This document shows positions 19,817 through 27,014 of a stretch of DNA of 32,575 bases, in pieces. Origin of the DNA: Bacteroidales bacterium (GTDB lineage: Bacteria; Bacteroidota; Bacteroidia; Bacteroidales; CAIWKO01); assembly GCA_035389045.1 (NCBI GenBank), contig DAOORA010000054.1, positions 1-32,575 on the forward strand. The letters are read 5' to 3'. The notes beneath the pieces were generated by a model. The model was not told the origin of the DNA. It saw only the letters and a program-made list of their open reading frames with translations, and made no database searches. The position numbers and the translations under genes were made by a program. Within the stretch, counting starts at the first letter, position 1. Each line of letters starts with the position of its first letter.

Positions 19817-22558
19817 TTAATGATAAATGGTTGTTGGTGTAACAGGATTGGGATTCTGATAAATCAGTGTTGCTGAAATAGTGGCTGTACATCCGTTTGT
19901 ATCGGTTACCAGCACAGTATATATCCCTGCTGGCAATCCGCTCAAATCTTCAAGGGTAGAGGTAAAGCCATTTGGCCCTGTCCATGAAAACGTAAAAGGC
20001 GATGTGCCTCCGGACACGGTGAGGTTAATGGAACCGTTGCTGTAAACAGGAGGCACGGTAGGCGGATCAGGTGGTGCTGCCGGAGGATCAGGAGGGCATG
20101 TGGGATCCGTTTTTACAAAGGTAAGGGCTAACTGACCAGGTTGTGTGATGACCACCTGTAACGAAGCTGTACAATTTTTAGAATCAGTTACCTGAACCAG
20201 GTAGTTACCGGCGAACAATCCGGAGGGATCTTCTGTATAAGAGGTATACGAGCCGGGTCCTGTCCAGGAATAGGTATAGGGCGCTGTTCCTCCGGTGACG
20301 GAAATGTCAATGGATCCCGTAGATCCACCGTAACAGAGCACATTGGTATGTGTTTCACCAATATTTACTGAATCTGTTGGTTGATTTACCGATATGTTGG
20401 TATATGCCTGTGTACAGTTATTGGCATCAGTCACGGTAACCGTGTAGGTGCCAGCTGCCAGTCCGGTCAGATCCTTGCTTGTACTGCCGTTGCTCCACAG
20501 ATAGTTATATGGAGGTGTGCCGCCGGAAACAGTAAGAGCTATCGCACCGTTGTTGGATCCGTAACAATCGAGATGAGTGACACCGGGAATAATTATTATG
20601 GAAGTATCGGGTTGTGTCACTGTGGACGAATCAGTACCGATACATCCCCTGCTGTCAGTGATGGTCACAGAATACGTACCGGCGGTCAGATTCCCGCGGT
20701 TCTGTGTGGTTGCATTATCATTCCAGAGAAATGTATAAGGAATGACTCCGCCGCTGACCGTAATTTTTACTTCTCCGTCATTACCGCCATAACAACTTAC
20801 GTTAACAGGAGTGGCTGTGATAACAAATGGTGTTGTTGAAATAAGAACGCTTGTAAATGTCACCGGGCAGCCGGCGCCATTTTCAGCTGTAACAGTAACA
20901 GAATAAGTTCCTGCTGCAAGTCCTGAAATAACGTAAGGAGGTGTAGTCAGAGTCCCTGTTCCAGTTCCGCCGCCATTTCTGCTCCATTGGTAAACGTAGG
21001 GGCCGGTACCATTGGTAAAGGTCATCGTAATGGCGCCGCTGTTAGGCTGGTCATAGCAGGGATTGGTAACGGATGTGGAAACTTTTAAGTTGCACACAAT
21101 AATAACTGTTTTAGTATCAAAAGTTTTTCTGCCGCATTTGTCTTCAATAGTAACGGAGATATTACACTGGGTGGGCGTTGTCACTACAGGAGGTGTAAAG
21201 TACATACTGGTGATTGTGGGACCCGGGGTGAATGTGCCTCCGCAGGACGATGACCATGTGAATGTGTAATCAGTGGAATCAATGCTGCCCTGAAATATGA
21301 CAGACATCAGGAGTGTTGAAATGGCCGTCTGTTGTCCTGAAATAAGCGTATCCGGCATGGCATTTATTTTGGGCAAAACCTCTTTATCCATCACGGCCAG
21401 AAAGCTATAATTAAAGAAGATTCTTTGTGCAGCCGTATTGGCTGGTATGGAGCCCTGGGTCAGTTTGTGCCCACCCTGGTAGCACACCAGCCCCCTGTCC
21501 GGGTCACCGTATCCGCGACCGAAAACAACGATGGCATCACGATGTTTTACAGAGTCAGAAACTCGCTGAGGGTGATCAGGATCGTAAACTCCAACTTTGG
21601 TTGTGGCTCTCCAGCCGGGGTACAAGGGTACATAATCCTGTTCGGCCCCGCCACTGGTAGCGCCGTCAATTACTCCGACAAACTGCATGATGGGTTCGCT
21701 GTGGAAATCATATTGAAAAGGAGGTGAGGCATCGGAATGATCATCCGACTGAAGTGCGTTTTCATAATAATGGTTGTCATAAAAGGGGCCTGCTGGTGGA
21801 ACAGTTCCTTTTTTTTCAGAAAGAAAATTCATCTCCGCATCGTAATCGGGTGTTATATAGTCCCACATGTTTTCAACACCGCTTCCGGAATGACATCCAA
21901 GCCATATCCCGCCGCGGCAGCTGTCATTCCATGCCATAAGATTTTTGTGGGTCGACCAGTCCGGTTCGGCATGGGGCATAGAAAAAACATCATCGCAACT
22001 GTTAAGTTGTGCAGGAGTTCTCCAGTTTGATTCATCGCCGCCATAAGCAGATGGAGGTATTCCCGCATTGGCAAAATAGGCAACTGCGATCTGGCCGTTT
22101 TGGAAATCCAGAGTCCAGTGCGGAACATTCCAGAAAGTAACATAAACGGGAACAGTTATCGGAGAGGTGGTAGTCACACCCACAACACCCTGGGCAGTAA
22201 ATGTACTAATGATATTGTTCACATTTGGATTCCGGTATTCAGCCTCAATGATAAAAGGGCCTCCCCGGTAATCAATACCGTTGTATGTGAAATCAATGCC
22301 GTCTTTGACTTTGTTTGGGGCTATTACCCAGTCGACGGGGCAATTAGCGGACAGCAAAGCGTAAACAAGCCCGTAAGGTTTCAGGCCATTAGCGTAGGTT
22401 TGGGGCATAACACCCATATTAATAATAAACGCTCCTGCCGGAAGGGTTTTCATTTGCTGTGAATAACCCGAAAAAACTGTAATAAACAACAGTAATACAG
22501 TTAATGTTGTTTTAATTACGTTTAATTTAAATGACAAGGGATAAAAACATTTTTTCAT
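19817..22558 (-). CDS. Secreted SprB-repeat protein (913 aa) with an uncharacterised ~350 aa alpha/beta N-terminal domain; first gene of the operon; no CTD
   Basis: Signal peptide ending GYS-Q34. Globular non-repetitive N-terminal region, one PKD-like domain and about five SprB-type repeats. Ends NPNPVTPTTIYH. Confidence 0.9.
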   Translation of the reverse strand: MKKCFYPLSFKLNVIKTTLTVLLLFITVFSGYSQQMKTLPAGAFIINMGVMPQTYANGLKPYGLVYALLSANCPVDWVIAPNKVKDGIDFTYNGIDYRGGPFIIEAEYRNPNVNNIISTFTAQGVVGVTTTSPITVPVYVTFWNVPHWTLDFQNGQIAVAYFANAGIPPSAYGGDESNWRTPAQLNSCDDVFSMPHAEPDWSTHKNLMAWNDSCRGGIWLGCHSGSGVENMWDYITPDYDAEMNFLSEKKGTVPPAGPFYDNHYYENALQSDDHSDASPPFQYDFHSEPIMQFVGVIDGATSGGAEQDYVPLYPGWRATTKVGVYDPDHPQRVSDSVKHRDAIVVFGRGYGDPDRGLVCYQGGHKLTQGSIPANTAAQRIFFNYSFLAVMDKEVLPKINAMPDTLISGQQTAISTLLMSVIFQGSIDSTDYTFTWSSSCGGTFTPGPTITSMYFTPPVVTTPTQCNISVTIEDKCGRKTFDTKTVIIVCNLKVSTSVTNPCYDQPNSGAITMTFTNGTGPYVYQWSRNGGGTGTGTLTTPPYVISGLAAGTYSVTVTAENGAGCPVTFTSVLISTTPFVITATPVNVSCYGGNDGEVKITVSGGVIPYTFLWNDNATTQNRGNLTAGTYSVTITDSRGCIGTDSSTVTQPDTSIIIIPGVTHLDCYGSNNGAIALTVSGGTPPYNYLWSNGSTSKDLTGLAAGTYTVTVTDANNCTQAYTNISVNQPTDSVNIGETHTNVLCYGGSTGSIDISVTGGTAPYTYSWTGPGSYTSYTEDPSGLFAGNYLVQVTDSKNCTASLQVVITQPGQLALTFVKTDPTCPPDPPAAPPDPPTVPPVYSNGSINLTVSGGTSPFTFSWTGPNGFTSTLEDLSGLPAGIYTVLVTDTNGCTATISATLIYQNPNPVTPTTIYH

Positions 22559-22744
22559 ATTTATTACTGTTTTATTATTCTGATTTTTAATAATTGACTA
22601 TATTTTTTTATGTGTTTCAATTTTATTAATAACATTTGATTTTTATTTAGAATAATTCAGGGTAAATTTTAATTGGAAGGATAACTATATAGGTGTATAT
22701 GAAATGTTGCTTTTTCAAAACAGGACATTTAATATTATGTACAT

Positions 22745-22790
22745 CAAAGTTAATACAAAATTAATTTATAGTTGTTAAAATAGTGTTAAA
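22745..22790 (-). promoter_or_regulatory. Candidate promoter of the adhesin operon: Bacteroidota -7 boxes plus an 11-bp-phased direct repeat
   Basis: Minus-strand TAACTTTG (22752..22745) and TAATTTTG (22763..22756) match TAnnTTTG. TTTAACA occurs twice (22790..22784 and 22779..22773) near where a -33 TTTG would be expected. Confidence 0.5.
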
Positions 22791-22944
22791 TTTAAACTTT
22801 ATTAAATAATGTTGCTAAAAAATGAATTTTCATCTATAAAATATGATCTTATGACGACATAATACAAATAAATGAAGATGTAAATTTTTACATTTTTTTA
22901 GAAAAATTTATCTGCCTCAATTAGGCTAAGAATTCAATCATAAA

Positions 22945-22954
22945 TAACTTTGCA
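22945..22954 (+). promoter_or_regulatory. Candidate plus-strand -7 promoter box with no annotated downstream plus-strand gene
   Basis: TAACTTTGCA matches TAnnTTTG(C). The background is AT-rich, so a chance match is possible. Confidence 0.35.
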
Positions 22955-22978
22955 GAATGCATTTATAATTGCTTGGAA

Positions 22979-22998
22979 TTGAATAATTAATTATTCAA
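22979..22998. promoter_or_regulatory. Perfect 20-bp palindrome, possible transcription factor operator
   Basis: TTGAATAATT|AATTATTCAA is its own reverse complement. Confidence 0.45.
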
Positions 22999-23109
22999 AA
23001 AATTTATATTTATCCCGTTATGTTAATACCAAACCAAGCTGTTGCTTCAGCCAGCTGATAATTATTTCCAATTTTTTTAAATAAAATTGTATTACTCTAC
23101 CATTGTGTA

Positions 23110-23189
23110 TATTGTAAACTCAGTCAGTTTGCCCTAATTCTGTATTTTAACTATTGACCATTGACTAATGACTTTTATTGTAAACTCAG
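23110..23189. repeat. 14-bp direct repeat pair (TATTGTAAACTCAG) enclosing three degenerate heptamers
   Basis: Identical copies at 23110..23123 and 23176..23189, 66 bp apart. ATTGACC-ATTGACT-AATGACT at 23153..23173. Confidence 0.7.
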
Positions 23190-23451
23190 ACTGATTATAA
23201 TAATCCTGCAATACTGGGTTTTCTGTTTTATAGGGTCGAAATTTGAATAAGAATAAAACCTGCGCAGGAGGTAATATGAAACAATGAAGTATTTAAAAGG
23301 CCAATATTTAAAGAGTGCATTTCCAAAAAACTTACCAAAGAAGCGACAAGATAAATGTTCATTAAGATGCGGACGGAATTTGCAAATCTATACTGAGATA
23401 TGATTCTAATTGAAGTATTATTAATATTTGCTATATCTCTCAAAACCCGAT

Positions 23452-23484
23452 AAAAAAACCCCTGTTATTTACAGAGGCTTTTTT
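23452..23484 (-). terminator. Rho-independent terminator of the zf-TFIIB/lemA/htpX operon
   Basis: Minus strand reads AAAAAAGCCTCTGT-AAATA-ACAGGGGTTTTTTT: a stem with two G-U pairs and a U7 tail, starting 26 bp after the htpX stop. Confidence 0.8.
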
Positions 23485-23510
23485 GGATTAAAATTTCAGG
23501 TTCAGAAATG

Positions 23511-24719
23511 TCAATGTATGTCATGCTTTTTACCGCAGCGGGTACAATAAACGGTATTGCCGCTGAAGTCTGCAGGCACTTTAAGTTTCATTCCGCAGTT
23601 GCAGTTTATAAATGAATAGTTATCCACTTTCATCATGATATCATGCGCTGTACGGGTGGTTGTCCTCGAGTCTGTAAATGCAGCCATACCGGAACTTTCT
23701 CTTAATTCAACACCTGCCTCTTTTTCAAGTTCCCCATCGGGAATAATAGCTTTGTCTTTGCCTTTCACCGAATTAAAAGCTTTCTGATAATTGACCAATC
23801 CTGCTCCACCTGAAATGGCCCGTAAGATACGGATACGTTCTGAAATAGGAGGGTGCGTGCTTGTTAAATCCGACATTTTCATCCCTTTTTGTTTTAGCGG
23901 ATTGCAGATATACATGGGGGCGGTTACCTTGTTTGCCATTGGCATTTCTGCGGTACTGCTTGAAATTTTTTCAAGCGCTGATGCCAGGCCTTCCGGGTAT
24001 CGTGTCAATTTTACAGCGGATGCGTCGGCGAGGTATTCGCGTTTTCGCGATATGGCAAAATAAAGAAGCCGGGCCATAATAGGTGCAAGTATGGCTAATA
24101 CAAGCGCAAGGATCATAATAATAATTTGTCCGCCCCCATTACCACCGCTGCTGCTTCGGCTACGTCCGCCGGTCAGGAATAAACTCCGTAAGAAAATCTC
24201 CGAAATGATCACTATCGCTCCCAGCATAACTCCTGCCAGCGTCATAAAACGAATATCACGGTTTATAACATGTGACATTTCATGGGCGATCACGCCCTGC
24301 AGTTCATCACGGTTTAAGCGGGCAAGTAAGCCTGCTGTAACAGCAACAACAGCGTTTTCAGGATTCATACCTGCTGCAAAAGCATTGGGAGCATCGGTAT
24401 TAATTATATATACTTTCGGTATCTTTCTCATGCCGGCGGCTATGCTCATTTCTTCCACGACATTAAAAAGCTGGGGATGGACATCGGGTGTCACTTCTTT
24501 GGCGTTGCTGGCCGAAAGCATGATCTGGGCTCCAGACTTTACGGCAATAAGCGACATAACGATCATGACAATTGCGGCAATGGCCATCCCTATAAAGGCC
24601 CCGCCCCCTTCAGGGTCATATACATATCCTATGATAAAGCCCAATCCTACAAGAATGATGGTCATCAGAACAAACAGAACCATCGACTTCCGCTGATTGG
24701 CTTTAATTAATTCCCACAT
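23511..24719 (-). CDS. htpX: HtpX-like M48 family membrane zinc metallopeptidase with a C-terminal Cys4 zinc ribbon
   Basis: Two N-terminal TM segments, PNAFAAG, HEMSH (HExxH), SRKREYLADA, THPPISERI. The extra tail carries CNCG...CTRCG. It follows lemA. Confidence 0.9.
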   Translation of the reverse strand: MWELIKANQRKSMVLFVLMTIILVGLGFIIGYVYDPEGGGAFIGMAIAAIVMIVMSLIAVKSGAQIMLSASNAKEVTPDVHPQLFNVVEEMSIAAGMRKIPKVYIINTDAPNAFAAGMNPENAVVAVTAGLLARLNRDELQGVIAHEMSHVINRDIRFMTLAGVMLGAIVIISEIFLRSLFLTGGRSRSSSGGNGGGQIIIMILALVLAILAPIMARLLYFAISRKREYLADASAVKLTRYPEGLASALEKISSSTAEMPMANKVTAPMYICNPLKQKGMKMSDLTSTHPPISERIRILRAISGGAGLVNYQKAFNSVKGKDKAIIPDGELEKEAGVELRESSGMAAFTDSRTTTRTAHDIMMKVDNYSFINCNCGMKLKVPADFSGNTVYCTRCGKKHDIH

Positions 24720-24745
24720 ATGATGCCGGTATTATTGGTTTATTA

Positions 24746-25300
24746 TTAAAAACTGACTTTGGGTACTTCTTTTTCAGCCTGATCCTGAATTTCAAAAAAT
24801 ACTTCGTCTTTAAAATTGAACATCCCTGCTATGATGTTGGTTGGGAATGTCTGTTTTTTGTTGTTGTAGAATAAAACCTGATCATTGTATGACTGACGGG
24901 CGAAAGAGATTTTGTTTTCTGTCGATGTCAGTTCTTCCTGCAATGCCAGGAAATTCTGGTTGGCCTTCAGATCGGGATAAGCCTCAACAGCTATCTGCAA
25001 ACGCCCCAGCATATTGCTCAGTTCGCCTTCGGCTTTGACACGGTCTTCCATATTGGTCGCATTCATGGCCTGGCTGCGCATCCTGGTGATACTTTCCAGT
25101 GTCTGACGTTCGTGTACCATGTATCCTTTTACCGTTTCGATAAGGTTGGGTATCAGGTCGTGGCGCCGTTTCAACTGCACATCAATCTGTGCCCAGGCAT
25201 TTTTTACCTGGTTTCTTAATCTTATCAATGAGTTGTACATGCCCACAACCCAGAGAATCAATACAGCAATAATTCCTAAAATGATCCATAAAGCAGTCAT
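24746..25300 (-). CDS. lemA: LemA family protein
   Basis: N-terminal TM, then YNSL...NAWAQIDVQLKRRHDLIPNL, EAYPDLKANQNFLALQEELTSTENKISFARQ.YN, FPTNIIA. Confidence 0.96.
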   Translation of the reverse strand: MTALWIILGIIAVLILWVVGMYNSLIRLRNQVKNAWAQIDVQLKRRHDLIPNLIETVKGYMVHERQTLESITRMRSQAMNATNMEDRVKAEGELSNMLGRLQIAVEAYPDLKANQNFLALQEELTSTENKISFARQSYNDQVLFYNNKKQTFPTNIIAGMFNFKDEVFFEIQDQAEKEVPKVSF

Positions 25301-25325
25301 AATTTTTTCCTCCTGTTTTTTTTAA

Positions 25326-25721
25326 TTAATATTTCAATTTATAAGCAAACATCTCATTTAATAGTTGAACAACTTTGTTGTTGACGTCTGTAGTTCCAAG
25401 TTTCACCACTTCATGCAATTCACCTTTGTCAAACCAGAGTCCGTGGTCTTTTCTGCATTTGTCGATCAAAACATTTTTGCCTGCACCAACGAAGACTTTA
25501 TTCATTTTCCTGGAACATACCGGACAACGATGGCGTTTTTCATCATTTTGGGTATCGGTGATGAAAGTTGCTAAAAGTTTGTTTTTTTCTTCAGCATCTT
25601 CAAGTAATAATTCTAATTCGCCGGAATCAAGCCAAATACCTCCGCATTCCTGGCAATAATCTATTTCAATTTGCTGAAGTTCCAAAACCAGCATTGGCTT
25701 TTTACAGACGGGACAGATCAT
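25326..25721 (-). CDS. Tandem zf-TFIIB zinc-ribbon protein (start more likely the ATG at 25721 than the TTG at 25730)
   Basis: Two copies of the motif: MICPVCKKPM...IEIDYCQECGGIWLDSGEL and RCPVCSRKM...LIDKCRKDHGLWFDKGEL. Confidence 0.88.
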   Translation of the reverse strand: MICPVCKKPMLVLELQQIEIDYCQECGGIWLDSGELELLLEDAEEKNKLLATFITDTQNDEKRHRCPVCSRKMNKVFVGAGKNVLIDKCRKDHGLWFDKGELHEVVKLGTTDVNNKVVQLLNEMFAYKLKY

Positions 25722-25808
25722 ATTTTTCAATAAATTAATAATTCAAACAAATCAATGAATCGCGTTTTTTTATTTTGCTGTTTATCATTTGTTTTTACTA
25801 CGGTGTAT

Positions 25809-25816
25809 CAAATTTA
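25809..25816 (-). promoter_or_regulatory. Candidate -7 promoter box for the zf-TFIIB/lemA/htpX operon
   Basis: Minus-strand TAAATTTG, about 88 bp upstream of the ATG. Confidence 0.45.
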
Positions 25817-25959
25817 GTGATATTTTTATTTTTTATGACAATTCGTCGCAATATCCTTGTTTTTGCTACATTTTTACGAATTATTGTCAGTCAGACTTCC
25901 GGATGTTGTCGCTTAAGTATTGCATGTGCAGTCCCTGGTGTTTTCATAACTTACAGAGA

Positions 25960-26991
25960 TCAGATACTGAGTTTTGCCAGAGCATATTTATAAGTTACGG
26001 GGTCTTCTCCTGCAATCCAGAAATATGCCCCGTCGTATGTCATGCCGCCACCATTGCCGCCTGCGAAGGGAGAATTAATAAAATATGTTACAGCGCATTT
26101 AAAAGGGCTTAACTGACATTTATGTATCTGATGACCCTGAAGCAAATATAAATATCCTCCGGTATATTCCATCCCTTCGGCTTCATAGGGAAAATGCTGG
26201 AGGATTTCATCGGTTGATATATCCCACGTATATATATATCCGCCGGATGAATAGTACATTTTTTGTCCTACCAGCGCCAGGGACTTTACCCGATATGTAC
26301 AAAGTACAGGACTGGTCTGGAGCACCGTCCCTGTATTGGGATTGATTTTGTCGATGGTATTATTGTTCACGATCCAGATGGATGATGAAGCAAAATTGGT
26401 ACTGGGTGCATAGTAGCTTCCGGCCAGAGTTAATGTTGTATAGGTCGCATTGGCAGGATTAATTTTATAAAGGGTGCTTGTATTCCAGTTGCCGGCCCAG
26501 AGAATATTAACTCCGTCGAAGCCAATGTCCTGCCTGCCATCCCCGCCGATAACAGGATTATCAATAGTGTCAGTAAACGTAACAAAGGTCACCCATGCTG
26601 TTTCATCAGGCGCATTAGAATTCTTCAGCATGACAATACTATCGGTCTGATTGGTCATCCTGAGGGTGTCACCTGTAATAGAATAATTATATGTAAACAT
26701 GAAGACACTTATTTGTATTGAAGAAATAAATGCAAGGTCAACCGACAAAAACCTGAAACCATACTGGGTGGAATCAAGTTTAAAGAGGGAATTATCATTT
26801 TTTAAAATGACATATCTTGTTGCCGGCAGGCCTTCAATAACCTCCCATTTACCATAAATAGCCGGGTTGGGCGTTGTGCTGATACCTGTCGGCCCCGCAG
26901 ACCCGGCAGGGCCCTGAGGGCCTTCTTTTTTACAAGAGAAAAGTAAGATTAAGATAAGTGCTGTTAATATGATGGATGTTTTACGTATCAT
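25960..26991 (-). CDS. Lipoprotein with short collagen-like linker, small beta domain and probable beta-propeller (paralog 2)
   Basis: Lipobox LFS-C, then KKE-GPQGPAGSAGPTG. IYGKWEV strand. Repeated blade-like motifs (DIGFDG.NILW, LYKINP, IDKINP.TG.VL, GMTYDG.YFWI). Confidence 0.82.
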   Translation of the reverse strand: MIRKTSIILTALILILLFSCKKEGPQGPAGSAGPTGISTTPNPAIYGKWEVIEGLPATRYVILKNDNSLFKLDSTQYGFRFLSVDLAFISSIQISVFMFTYNYSITGDTLRMTNQTDSIVMLKNSNAPDETAWVTFVTFTDTIDNPVIGGDGRQDIGFDGVNILWAGNWNTSTLYKINPANATYTTLTLAGSYYAPSTNFASSSIWIVNNNTIDKINPNTGTVLQTSPVLCTYRVKSLALVGQKMYYSSGGYIYTWDISTDEILQHFPYEAEGMEYTGGYLYLLQGHQIHKCQLSPFKCAVTYFINSPFAGGNGGGMTYDGAYFWIAGEDPVTYKYALAKLSI

Positions 26992-27014
26992 GGTTTGTTA
27001 TCTTATGATTTAAT

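Noticed and set aside
353..22462. Numerous short plus-strand and alternate-frame ORFs within the adhesin genes, several repeating each other
   Set aside because: Antisense or off-frame shadows of Thr/Val/Pro-rich repeat coding. They recur only because the underlying repeats recur and show no protein-like motifs of their own.
23110..23189. Possible CRISPR remnant (direct repeats 66 bp apart)
   Set aside because: Only two 14-bp copies, no third copy at the same period, no extended repeat similarity and no cas genes in the window.
23228..23443. 71 aa minus-strand ORF in the intergenic region
   Set aside because: Begins just past the htpX terminator with a non-ATG start, in AT-rich sequence with no recognisable motif; probably spurious.
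23791..26112. Plus-strand ORFs including a 201 aa one (24091..24696)
   Set aside because: Antisense to clearly identified htpX, lemA and zf-TFIIB genes, with no independent support.
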